A DNA stretch of 64,000 bases, taken from Balanoglossus misakiensis (lineage: Eukaryota; Animalia; Hemichordata). Of this stretch, positions 41,901-54,310 are shown one piece after another. How positions within the stretch are numbered: the stretch's first letter is position 1; each line of letters opens with the position of its first letter. The notes under the pieces were generated by a model. The model had not been told where the DNA came from and did not search any database. It saw only the letters and a program-made list of their open reading frames with translations. The stretch lies in contig CM082578.2 in NCBI GenBank assembly GCA_040954595.2, positions 12,462,520 through 12,526,519 on the forward strand. Reading direction: 5' to 3'. The position numbers and the translations under genes were made by a program.

Positions 41901-44900
41901 ACGAGCTCCACAATCCGTTTTTTTTTACAGTTCGGCACAAACGCGTTGAGTACAGATTGTGGCTGCCCGCACAAAGGGAGAGGTTTGGCAAGTTCGCATC
42001 ATGACGCAGCTCCATTAATAGCGCGACCACTTCACCAGGCTGGCCAATTCACGCCAGAATTAGCTCAGTCGAACAACTTCTCCTCACGTTCGACATCTCG
42101 CTCTAAAGAAAGAAGGAAGGCCACGTGTGTGAACGTCACTCCCGTCTTAACTGTTAAAAATATACATTCCAAGTCATTTCGTTCAAAAAGAAGTCTATTT
42201 TCTGCATGACTAGTTAATTTTATCGACACCTTCGGTTACATTAATAGCGCGCGAGATTATGCCTTGTATTGATTTCTGTTTGGAATTATCGACAAACGGG
42301 GAAGAGGGAGACAACTTCGAGAAAAATCAATTGAAACTAGAGGGGGAAGGAGACTTGGAACTGGAATATTTCTTTTCCGCGAGAGTCTCGTTGAAAAGCG
42401 ATATCAGATCCGAGGGCCGCCTGAATTCATCCGTGGCGTCGTCGAACGCTGTAAATCGCAGTCCCCTTTTTGATAGACAATTTCTCCTCTTGTTAAATTT
42501 AAAATGCAAGAACAAACTCGCCATCAGAAACCGTCTCACCGCATTGTTCGGTTCAACACTGCGAACATATTGAAATAATCAAATTGTCGTAACAGGGTCT
42601 AATTAACAAAGAAAAGGTAAAAGCAATCAGTATTGCCGAAGAAAGGGCTGCGTGTCCTGAATCTCAATGCGATACTATAAACTCACCGAGGCCGACATTT
42701 TGGCATTAATTAAACGATCACCTCGCGATGATCTTGAAATATCTACGTGAGTTTTACGCGAAATACGTGTTACTGAATACCAACCGGTATATATTGGTCA
42801 CCAGACTACACTACACATGGGAATACATTTTAGATGGGCAATCAATCGCCATTTTTTCTCATTGTGTTGGCAGTGAACAACTCGAACTCAGTTGCTATCG
42901 ACTGTAAGTCGGCGTGGGTGTAGTCCAATATACAAGCCTCACTATCCCCCCTCTCTCTCCCTCCCTCCTTCTCTCGAATCGTACCAACGTATGCAAAGCT
43001 TGCTGTCCCCTGTATTCTTCTTACAGTTATGTGATACTCCTGTATGAGGGGCGGGTGTTAAATACTCTACATTCTTTTTCTTCTTTCAACGGTGAGAGAC
43101 AATTCGTTCCATGAATTTAGATCGCCATCGCCCAGCGAGTATCGGCTAGCTGCACGCCGAAGTGATATTTTCGCTAAGGGCGAGGCGATCAGAACCTGTG
43201 GGAGCGCGCCAATGATAAGATATGCCCCGCGAAATGATGATCGACCATTGGTTCGGAAAGGTGATCGGCAATTAAGAAATTCAGGGGCGCTCCGTATACA
43301 AGATTTTCCGAGATGACTTGCGATGGATTACAGGGGACGTTATCACGAGCGAATCAAACACGATAAACACAAGCAAGCCCGATTTCTTGCCTGTGTCGCT
43401 CAACTACTCGGGTCAGCGACTCTATACCCGGCGACATTGGAAACCCCCTCGACCTCGACTCCTGCTGTAGATGCAAATCTCTCCTTGATTAATTCTTCAA
43501 TGATTAAACAAAATGTTTAAATTATTGATCATTGAACTAATTCCGAGTGCAATGCCGATTCGCAAAATGTGACCGGTCTTTGAGTAGAATCAGGGCAATT
43601 AGAGGACTCCCTCCACGACATCGTATTTTAATCCTCTAGCAAAAAAATGACTATTTCACATTTATAACCAAGATCTATTATTTCAAACACATGCACAGTT
43701 GTGTGTCAAATCTGCAGTGGCTGGAGCTTCATATGGTACCAACAAAATCAGTGAATTATGTACAAAGTGCTTGTTACACACGCGCAATCTCGCGCCTACA
43801 TTAACCAACTGTTGTGAGATGTGATCCAATAAGGCGGAGTGACAAAGTAGACGCCGATACGTGGAAGCCTCCATCTTGAAATGCTTTCTGATATTGCACG
43901 ATGCACATGCGTACCGTACTGCACCTTTACTTTTTTCTGACTGTCAGTTGTCAGGGTTTTATATACACGCGAATTTACTAACACGTGTTCTTTTACCTAC
44001 GAACTATTTCTAACAAAACACGACAAATCATTTCTCTTGCAATCGCCCCTCCCCCTGCATCGTCACCTGGACGTTCCCTTAACAGTTGAAAAGTATGCCC
44101 ACTTCTCATGACGCATAAGTACGACTATAAAAAAAGATGGGATTATTCATTTAATTTTCTCAGCAAATTCAGAGTTTAATAACGACTTGGTAGTATGACC
44201 TCCGTGTCCGTATCAATAATGAACCCAAGAAGTAGTGCGGCTTTCTTATACCACAAGTGCCTTGTTCACAGATTAGTATAACCAACAGTCAGCGCACTGC
44301 ATTGTTTATTAAATATTAGAAGCGAATCCTTATCTTCCCGTGAAATATTGTAATTTCTTCAGTCAGCTCTATATTACGAAAACTGCCCGACCCCGTGTTA
44401 TCTATCAGTGGGCTTGCAGCGTATCCCTGGTAACGATTACGTCAGACACCCGGATGGACGAATTTAACACCCGCTTTCATTTTGATTTGAAATTGAAGGA
44501 CACGGGTAAAAGGCTAGTGTCGGCATGCGGTGAGTGAAGTATTAAATTGTAACCGACGCGGTCCAAGGCTATGAAACTCAATTCATTTGCACGTTTTCTG
44601 TGTTATTATGTCATTTCGGAGAGTCAACCTTTGTAGAATCGTTTGCTCGATTTTGCCAGCGGGTGAAGAACTCCGCGGAGTAAGTTGATTCAGTCTGATG
44701 ATAAAGAAGGGTCGCGTCTAATTTCGGCGCCACTCAGTGGAGAAAAGGGGTCTGCGTTGCTATTTCCGTGTATGCATGATGTCCGCCACACCCGTCCTTC
44801 CGCTTGTTGTCGGACCAGAACTAGAATAATACAGTTTTATGTGATGTTTACGCTCCATTTGACGGTGGAGCTGAGACGAAATTGGCGGATGAAACTGCAT

Positions 44901-45010
44901 TCATTCAAGTTCATTAATTTCGACCAAAAAATGTGGATTAGTAGCGGTTTGCAATAACGATAGCTTTGTAACTTGGTCACAGCCACAGGTTGGAAATACA
45001 TGTACGTTTG

Positions 45011-45111
45011 CCTTTACCCACCAGTAAGCTTTGTTATAGGCCAATCTAAGTTTAACAGTGAAATCATGGAAATAATGCAAAAAAAGGTGGAAGCTTAACT
45101 ACGGGTAAAGG
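45011..45111. mobile_element. Possible ~100-bp MITE-like relic with imperfect 21-bp terminal inverted repeats
   Basis: Left end CCTTTACCCACCAGTAAGCTT versus reverse complement of the right end CCTTTACCCGTAGTTAAGCTT. No clear TSD. Confidence 0.3.
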
Positions 45112-45814
45112 GCAGGGGGCTTACTATCTGGTTACTTAATCATTCCCAGAGTGCTGTTCCTTTGGCCATTATGTCAAAGTGCGAACAGCGGATCACACCT
45201 GGAGTGTAAAACACACGAATATTTAACCAGGGAAACACCTCGACGCGATTCCAAAGCTCTGATAGCGCGCCACTTCCCAGTCAAACTAGACACTGCCCGA
45301 CACAGACGCAGAGAGCACATAACAACAAAGTCGATACACACACCGCTGCCGTGATTTGAAAGTCAAAAGTTGACTGATGACCAGATAACGCCGTGCACCC
45401 ATCAGATTTTAAAATCGTCGAATCGACTGGAGATAAGAAAGAACATGGAACTGACAACGAGAAAGATATTTGAGCGAACATTGTTTTTAGTCTCGACCAT
45501 CGCAAATAAATCATTGTGAGGGCTGATGTTGGCGAGAGACTACATCTCACTTCAATCGTGTGTTTTGCAACGTTGCACGACACACACATTCTCACCAACC
45601 GCTATCTAATTTTGACTCTTAATATTTCAGCATCGATCATGTCATCTCATGACATTTTTCGGTTATTTCAGAAAAGGCTGCAGCAGTCTTGGAAAATAGC
45701 ATGTGAGACTAGATTCTGTGCGTATCTACTTGGTCAGTTTATATCGTATTTTTATGAACAAAAATCGAACACCGGCACACTGTCTATATTATCACTTAAT
45801 TATCAGTTACTTTT

Positions 45815-45935
45815 GTTAGTTATTTAGTTAGTTAGTTATAGTTAGTTACACATGTAGTTAGTTTCATTCATTCATTCATTCATTCTTTCATTCATTCGTT
45901 CGTTCGTTCGTTCACTTATAGATTTTTCATTCATT
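45815..45935. repeat. Compound tetranucleotide microsatellite (TTAG)n(TTCA)n(TTCG)n
   Basis: Seen directly. Confidence 0.9.
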
Positions 45936-47213
45936 CAGCCATTGATGAATTAAGCTTGTATGTACTGGATCATGGACCAGCGTGTGTAATTTCGAAGCTG
46001 TCGAATTTCACAATAACAATCTGGTGTGACAATTTTGACGTCATCGCTATATCCTGACAGTTTCCTAAATGTCAAAGTAGGGCCCTTTCCCCAGCTAGCG
46101 ACAATTCAGAAACAATCGCTCAATAGTGTGAAAATGTTCCTGTCAAGTTCAATAGCCCTCCGAACAAAACAGCAATAGCCTTCATAAATCCTTCCCTTTA
46201 CAGAGTGTGTGTCTTTAACCACTGGCAGCAAATCAGACATAACTTAGAAATCAACGCAGCGGCATTGACACATTAGATGACGTGAGTTCAACCATGGCTT
46301 TCTAGGAAATATCCATTTATTTATTTCCTCACACTTATACAGGCGGCAGTCCATTTCTTCAATGCACGGGTCGCGGGAGAATTTATATCGCATGCTGACT
46401 CGATGACTCCGTATTTTATTTTTCTCACTGCGAGCAATGAAAAAAATGCCATTACGCCTGGCTGACAGGCTCTTTGGACTACTTGGTCGGCTGCAGAGCA
46501 CAATTTAGAATCGTTTCACTGTCAATTAGTGGAATTTCAATCAGGCGCTAATAGGGGGAGGTGCATTGATTACACTCGAATGTTTCTGAAAAGCACTTCA
46601 GCGGGAGGGTGCGAGTTCGCCGTATATTTAACGTTGCCAGCAGCAGTTTTTTGTGTGTTATATATTCGCACTTGATTGGGAGTCGATTTCCCCCCGCCTG
46701 ATGGTGCTGTTATTCCGATACCCCGCTTCCCCCTTCAGTTGTAGTCTTGGTATAGGGTAGAACGAGCGGGTATGGTGGATGGTGTTTACGCCAATTATGG
46801 AACACTTAAGGTCGCTAATGAAGTCGTGCCGCTCAAGTAATTACAGGAGTTCTGCCTCTCCACTGGGAGACGTTGGCGCACAATATTTTGAGCGTTCAAA
46901 ATGAGAGTGTTGACGAAAAACTTAGACGGCTACGAAGTAATTGACGTGATCGTGTTTTTAACCGATACCACCTTAATTGTGCATTGTATACTACATGTAG
47001 TATATTATAAGAATACATAACCAATATGAATTTCATCCCACCAATTATTCATTTGTATGTTCATATCTGTTTTTTCTCAGCTAGCATAAAACTTAGATAT
47101 GATAATGCTTTACGTAGCTCCTAATAAGTACCCCAAAGTAACATGCCTCCGATGTTGCAGAAGCCATATCGGCAACTTTTAAATAATGTAGATCATTTCA
47201 CAAGCAATTCCTG

Positions 47214-47254
47214 ATAATTCTTCGGAGGTTCCTTTCAAACCTCCGAAGAATTAT
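47214..47254. repeat. Perfect 17-bp inverted repeat (hairpin/cruciform)
   Basis: ATAATTCTTCGGAGGTT-cctttca-AACCTCCGAAGAATTAT. Confidence 0.9.
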
Positions 47255-48898
47255 GACTCATTCGTAGCACGTATCCGACAAGCAGCGAGGTAGAGTCTGA
47301 CATCCAAATGTTTGCAGTTTGATCAACCCTTATCGCGCCTGGAAATGACCAATTTCAGCAGCGACAAATACTTAGTGGAACCATAAGGGTTTAATGTGTC
47401 TCTGTATATGTTTGCCTGAGTGTGCACGGACCATTAATGTTTCCATTTCGTCATCATTATAGGGCGGCGATAATCGATATGAAATGTTTGTTTTCCATTT
47501 CACCGTGAAAATACAGTGTGTTTTCATTTACTACGTAGTATTAAGCAATCGCTTACGTTTTTTATCATAACTGCTCCATGGTGATTTTCTTGTCATTGCG
47601 TGTTATGCGCGTGGTGCTTCGCAGTGGTTATTTCACGGTCTGTCGATCCCGTTAGAGCGTGGCTGGCGGTCGTTCGAGATAGACCGTAACGTCCGCAGCG
47701 ATTGACAGTCGTGGCCAACTACAGGCCCGAGCTGATCAGCTGCATTACCGAGGCAGTTTTACGTCGCCACAAACACAGGCTGTCCGTGCAGGTGGCGATA
47801 TGGTTTTGAAATTGTGCAGGTAACGCGGAAGCACGCACAATATGCAAGTCTGCGCGCTGCCTATATTACAATATCCCCAATTACCACAACAATCACGACG
47901 GGATTTATTTACGGTTCTGTTCGGGCAAGCCGCCGGTGCAACGCTCTGTGGCATTTAATATAAGTCGGACTGACGGAATACCGAAGAACAATTACTCAAC
48001 TACTCGTCAATTAAAACCCGGGCTCATTCTGCCCCATGGGTAATTGATGAGTGTTTAAATTTTTAAGCGAAAGTCATTTCCTCCCGAGTATGTTTGTAAG
48101 AAAATCGTAGATTTGCTCCGCGCCAGCTTCGGAAACAGACAGTGGCACTTTCCTCAAACCGTAACCTGAGAAAAATTTCTTGCATTGTTCATTGTCTTTC
48201 AGCTTTTTAAAAAATCTCTATCTGACACAACTCTGTTGCTGCAAACGTCTTTGTCGTCTTTGATATTTTTTTATAAAAGTATAGTAGTGGCATACATGTT
48301 CGAGAATTCTCGGCTTCCTGCTGATACGATAAAAAAAACACACACACAGAAAGAACAGATGCAATTCGGAAGTGTTTACGTTCCAATTCACCGTCAAAGT
48401 GTTTGTAATTACAATCTGTTATTATTGATTCTGAACGGGGCCTGGCCTCGCCTTAGCTTTGAGTCTAAGTAAGATATATTGGCGCAGGTGTGCGGCGTGT
48501 GTGTGTGTGTGTGTGGCAATATGAAACCCGCACTTCAGACTGCATGCTTCACTTCAATATTGACACCGGTATTTGTTTTCCAATTGATGTGTTGAAAGCC
48601 AACATGACCTGTATGATTTTACGAGAACTTAATTGCTCGATATTGTACACAAAGTGTTTACTTGCAGGCTCCGCGTCGCACCTCATGCCTTTCAAGGCTG
48701 CTTCATATTTCCTCTTGACAGATACAGGCTTTGTTGATAAGCGGACTACTCGGTATATTAGTTTGGAGTAGACCGAGAGTTGCAGTTGGCACACAGAACA
48801 AAAATAGTTAAATTAAGTTACAGATAATGTTCCCTTGAGACTGGAAATGTATCGTCTCTGACCAGCCCTCCGTTTCGATATTTTTTTTTCTGTCACAG

Positions 48899-49186
48899 GC
48901 ATTTGCATTGCACGGTCGGAGAAGATTTACATGGATTCCCTGGACAGGGAATTCGACACCATCGTCGAGTACCTGTACGAGAAGACAGAGGCACGCGGAA
49001 TAATCACTTTCGTCAACGAGGACGACTTGATTCGACTCCTGCAGGCGACGGAGCGCCACAATCTCACGGGTCACTTTCTGTGGATTGCCAGCGACAGCTG
49101 GGGCACCAAACAGTCGCCGGTGAAGGGACAAGAGGCCGGCGCTGAGGGCGCCATTACCATCTTGCCCAAGAGAATCCCGTTGCCAG
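48899..49186 (+). CDS. GRM: mGluR-like GPCR exon (VFT lobe II)
   Basis: tgtcacag|GC ATT...CCA G|gtgagc, 288 nt, phase 1->1. Encodes ICIARSEKI...FVNEDDLIRLL...GHFLWIASDSWGTK...AEGAITILPKR. Confidence 0.97.
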
Positions 49187-49685
49187 GTGAGCGAAAAAAA
49201 ATGGCCGACAGCATGTAGCATAGGCATGGAAATGACAAGACCGACCAAGGGGATTTGAGGTGTGCCCTCTCCCCGCAGGGAGGGGGTCCAGTGCATCACA
49301 GACCTCAAATTATGCGGAACCTATTTTGATTGAAGTGATTTTCTGGGATCAGAGAGATTTCAACGGACATGATAAACGTTCATTGCACGGCCCGCAATCT
49401 CGACAAGGCAGTAAAATTGGTTAATTTAATCGCCAAAAACAAAATTAAAGGTGACCGTGACTGCAAATCAGAGAAAGCGCCGTAAACTGCAATTAAACTT
49501 GAACAGGCGGCGCGATTCTTCCTGTGGCTGTAATTTTAAGGTCGAAGTGTGATTTGTATCACTAAACGTGGTCAGTCTTGGGAGAGTTAGTTGGCTAATA
49601 GCCTTTACACCGGGATGTACATTTAAATACACGTTAACGGGGCTGGTACACAGTGTAACTTATAGACAAAGACTCTAAAGTGTGA

Positions 49686-49883
<198 letters not shown>

Positions 49884-50154
49884 TAAAAGGAGAGAGGGCG
49901 AGGGAGGGAGAGGGGAAGATGGGTTTGTTGGTTTGTGTTGATGACTGGCTACTTTTGCGACCATCTGATTCGACGAGTGTGATGATGTTGGGGTGGCGAA
50001 ATTTGTCACTACAGTATACCGGTTCACTTCGACTCTAGTCTCAAGGGTCCGTTTCCTCCTTATGCTAATACTGGTATTAGGCGAGAGTGCCCCCAGAGTA
50101 CAATTATGACGTCATGTATATCTATTTGTTACTGATTTTCTCTTCTCTATCTAG

Positions 50155-50355
50155 GGAATGAACAAATATCACCAGAATCTGGCCATCAGCAAGAGGGCGT
50201 TGTGCAGTTCGTCGTAGACGCCATCTTGGCATTTGCGCATGCCCTACAGAACATGAAGGATGATGTTTGTCCCGATGCCAACGGGATGTGCGATTCACTG
50301 AAGTCCATCTCTGGCGAAGTTTTCCTCGAGTACATCAGAAATGTCATGTTCAAAG
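50155..50355 (+). CDS. GRM: mGluR-like GPCR exon (VFT; not in ORF track)
   Basis: ctatctag|GG AAT...AAA G|gtaatg, 201 nt. Encodes NEQISPESGHQQEGVVQFVVDAILAFAHALQNMKDDVCPDANGMCDSLKSISGEVFLEYIRNVMFK. Confidence 0.96.
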
Positions 50356-50607
50356 GTAATGACTGACTGAGAGGGCGATGTGTGTAAAATAATCATAAAT
50401 GAACGAAAATGGGCAAAGAGCAGCTGACAAATTTTAAAGGCAAAAGTCTTCCATCAAATTTCTCGATAAATTCTCGAAAAGGCCATGGTTCCACACATTG
50501 TCAGCACAGCTTTGACATGTGACAAATCTCGCATAATATTAAACAAGTATGTTTGTTACTTCTGGTTGAAGTCATTGCCAGGCTCACCTTTTCATTATAT
50601 TTTACAG

Positions 50608-51650
50608 GCAGTGCAAAAACGGAGGTGCATTTCAATGAGAAGGGCGACGCCTACGGTCGATACAACATCTATCAGTACCAACTGGTCAATAACACCTGGG
50701 AATACGTTGTCATCGGGGAGTGGGCGGAGGGCCTGCACCTGGACATCTCGAAGACCGTCTGGGGCCAGGAGTTGCCGCAGTCGGTGTGCGCCCTGCCCTG
50801 CGACCCGGGCATGGTGATGAAGAAGAACGCGGGCGAGAAATGTTGCTGGGTGTGCACCAAGTGCGAGGATTACGAGTTTCTGGCCGACGAGGCCACCTGC
50901 GAGGACTGCGGTCTGGGCTTCTGGCCGAACGCCACCAAGACCGGTTGCTACGAGATACCGCAGGAGTACGTCAAGTGGACGTCGACCTGGGCGATCGCCA
51001 CGGGCACCTTCGCCATCACTGGGATTATATTCGAGACGTTTGTGTTCGCCGTGTTCATCGCCTACATCAACACGCCGCTGATAAGGGCGTCCGGCCGCGA
51101 GCTGATGTACATCCTGCTCTTCGGCATCTTCATGTGCTACTGCATGACGTTCGTCATCATGACCAAGCCCAGCGTCGTCAAGTGCTGCCTGGAGCGGCTG
51201 GGTCTGGGGCTCTGCCTGGTCACCTGCTACGCTGCCCTGCTGACAAAGACTAACCGGATATCCCGGATATTCAACCAGGGCATGAAGAGCACCATACGAC
51301 CAAAATACACCAGCCCCAAGTCGCAGATCATAATATGCTTCGCGCTGATATCTGTGCAACTTGTTGGAGTGACAATCTGGCTGGTCACCGACCCGCCAAA
51401 AACACGCGTGGAGCACATAACACGTGACCGCTCGGTGTTGAAGTGTGACATTAGTGACACAACGCTGATGGCGTCCTTCCTGTACAATATGCTTTTAATA
51501 CTTTTATGCACTGTCTATGCATTTAAAACGAGAAAAATTCCAGAAAACTTCAATGAAGCCAAGTTTATCGGATTTACTATGTACACGACGTGTATTGTAT
51601 GGTTGGCGTTTCTTCTGATATATTACGCCACGTCTGACAAAGACCCCAAG
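50608..51650 (+). CDS. GRM: mGluR-like GPCR exon: end of VFT, 9-Cys cysteine-rich domain and TM1-TM6
   Basis: ttttacag|GC AGT...CCC AAG|gtcagt, 1043 nt. Contains FNEKGDAYGRYNIYQYQ, nine CRD cysteines, TPLIRASGREL, ALLTKTNRISRIF and TRKIPENFNEAKFIGFTMYTTCIVWLAF. Confidence 0.98.
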
Positions 51651-52053
51651 GTCAGTGGGATTCTGAACATTTTGTTTAATAACTTTATTTTCAATTTACG
51701 AGCTTTCTTATGGCTTTGCCGCTATCATGTTGTGTTTCGTGCGTCACTGGAATCGATCACTGAATCATTGCATTAAGAGGCCACGTGTACTTATCGGAAA
51801 GCTTCCACGGAACTAGGGGGCTTCCAGTTTTTATAATAGGGGTGGGCAGTGGCTGCGATATATTGCATTGAAGAGAATTGCTCAGTATCGTATTGAACAT
51901 TGCATTCTTGTATATCCTACAAGGGTTCGGGTTGTTGAGGCGGGGAACTGTTTTGCACGTTCCACTGCGCGAAGAAAGAGCGTCCTCTAGAGTTTTTCTT
52001 TGTTCAAGCCTTTTGTTTTAAACCAACTCCCTGGCCTTGTCCTTTTGTTCCAG

Positions 52054-52359
52054 ATTCAAATGACCAGTCTAAGTTTTGCCACAAGCATGAGCGCGTCGGT
52101 GGTGCTGGTTCTGCTGTTCGTGCCAAAAGTGTACATAGTCATCTTCCAGCCGCACAAAAATGTCCGGCAGGCCACGAAAGTTGGAACCCGCCAGCCGAGC
52201 ACCATGAACGGGAGGGAGTACACACGGACGCCGGCCACCAGCTCATCAGGTAATTTGACAGATTTTGCTTCGACTGACGTCAGAAACAGCCAAGCAGACA
52301 GTCGCAGAGCCGACATCGATTTGACGTCATCGATATCGCTTATGATTACAAGCCTGTAA
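52054..52359 (+). CDS. GRM: mGluR-like GPCR exon: TM7 and C-terminal tail (read-through form ends ...LMITSL*)
   Basis: ttgttccag|ATT CAA, phase 0. Encodes IQMTSLSFATSMSASVVLVLLFVPKVYIVIFQPHKNV...; TAA at 52357-52359; internal donor CAG|GTAATT after 52249. Confidence 0.93.
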   Translation: MQMTSLSFATSMSASVVLVLLFVPKVYIVIFQPHKNVRQATKVGTRQPSTMNGREYTRTPATSSSGNLTDFASTDVRNSQADSRRADIDLTSSISLMITSL

Positions 52360-52959
52360 AAGAAGCCATAGAGACTCGCCGGCTGTAATCACCATGGCAA
52401 CAAACCCCGTATGGGAGACGTTTGAACTCGCACGTCACAAACTAATTAACCTGAACCGAAAAAAAGTTGCTCCGTATACAGCATGAACAAAAAAAAAGAA
52501 GATAGCGAACTATTTTTAATATTGCGTCCACTGACAGATACGGTTCGATAGATGTACGAATCTTTTACATATAGTCACTTGTTTTTCTCACGTGATTTTG
52601 TTATTTTCGCTCCTCTGTACTGTTCGAGTGGTATGCGTAATTCCACTCCAGACTAGATGAATGTTTGTTTTCTTCTCTATTTCTCGGTCTCTTTTTTTGA
52701 TAATTTAGCTGCGGGTCTTTTTGTTCAAATCTGAAACATTTTCATGGAGATTTTCGAGGATACCTGCTTAAATCAAGTTATGTTTCCATTTTTGTAGTAA
52801 ATACGTACTATAGTGTAGGGGTGTAACACCTCTTTGGGCAGTGGCCTATCTTCTGTGTTAAGAGCAAAGGCCGGATTTGTGTACGGCCGTGTGACTGGGG
52901 ATGGCAACTTTATAAAAAAAAAGCAATTATGCGCAAATAAGACGCAACAATATACTTGA

Positions 52960-52965
52960 AATAAA
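52960..52965 (+). terminator. Candidate proximal polyadenylation signal (short receptor isoform)
   Basis: AATAAA ~600 nt after the TAA and upstream of the alternative last exon, followed by GT-rich sequence. Confidence 0.35.
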
Positions 52966-53318
52966 GCAAAATGAGTTTGTCTGGGACAAATTTGGTATAT
53001 TTACATGTAAAACAGCGTTTAACCTGTCACAAGCGATGCTGTAATCAATGCAAGATTATGTGTTTTAGTTTTAAAAGAAACACATGATATATACATGTAT
53101 AGCGTTTACTGTGTTCCCAAGGGTCGTTTTTACTTGGGGAAAATGTTCTGTGGGGCTAATGTGAGACTCTGACGTCACATCATGTCGTCACGAATATCTT
53201 TGTGGCAAAGAAGGTCCAGGGAATAAAACATGACACGAACGGACTGAGCAGTGCACTGACAGGATTCGATGAACTTGAACCCGCTGAATATGCCGCTGTT
53301 GTTTTGCTTTGTCAACAG

Positions 53319-53443
53319 ACGTGGCCCTGAAGAAAGCCAGCAGCTCGTCGGACACCAGGGACGATTTCGACGAGATAACATTTGAGGGAACCACGGAATA
53401 TGAGTACACTGACATGTTCGGCGAACGACAAACGACCATTTAG
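53319..53443 (+). CDS. GRM: Probable alternative terminal coding exon of the mGluR-like gene (ends ...FGERQTTI*)
   Basis: gttttgctttgtcaacag|AC GTG. Its phase 1 matches the donor after 52249. Open for 41 codons (DVALKKASSSSDTRDDFDEITFEGTTEYEYTDMFGERQTTI) with coding-like composition and a T-x-I terminus. Confidence 0.72.
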
Positions 53444-54310
53444 TAGTTGTTCCACAATGCTAATGAGGTAGCTAATCCGCTATCACTTGTGTCGGCGCAG
53501 TACACATTGATGATGCCGAAGTCAGAACTTTTGTAAATTCTGTGTTCACTTTAGCACATATTGCAACTTCTTTGTCGACTGTTATATACGTAATTCGTAA
53601 CCCAGCTTTTCTGTGACAACCCTTTTGACAGAATGGGGTGACTTAAACCTGACCAATCTCGGTACCTCCGATAGGCAATGACAAGATTTAATTATCTCCT
53701 TATTATAATGTAACACCGTCGAAATATGAAATAAAATCAACCGTAAATGAAATAGCACCAACAACAACCAGTGACAATAAATGTAAGACAAACCAACCAT
53801 GAACATAATCAAACTAAATCTGTATTATATTATCAATATCGGAAAATTAACCGTTCAAATCTCTGGTTAACCTTTCTTGCATTTGTGTCACTTGGTGGAA
53901 ATTACGGTTTGTAGTACATATAGGCAGATTATTACATTTATAAAGATTGCACGAGTACGTTCTGTCGTGTTCAAAATTTCAGTCGCTTTCTTTGAAAAGA
54001 AATTCGGTGTTTACTACATTTATAGATCGTTTGTGGTACACATGTATTTTATAATCAGTGTTCGCTCTGTTATGAGACGCAGTCCAGTGTAGAAATCGAC
54101 ATCTATGCAAATTTATTTTTATTATAGTTCTATTAAGATTTCTCTGTAAATGTGGTCAATGTTACCGGCAGTACTTCGTGGCTACATAATCTGTCAATTT
54201 AAGTCATCGATTGCATTTTTGCCGTTGGTTGACTTTACATTAATAATGTATAGTACATTGTACCACCAAGCGACTGGTATATTTGATTAAGCCATATTGC
54301 TACCACTGAA

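Noticed and set aside
41576-42573. Cluster of overlapping 70-132 aa ORFs in the second visible receptor intron
   Set aside because: No recognisable domain, non-ATG starts and no coherent splice structure; an old TE fragment cannot be excluded without a search.
50595-51416. 273-aa antisense ORF and 177-aa alternate-frame ORF over the receptor exon
   Set aside because: Shadow ORFs caused by high GC3 of the real coding frame; no recognisable protein.
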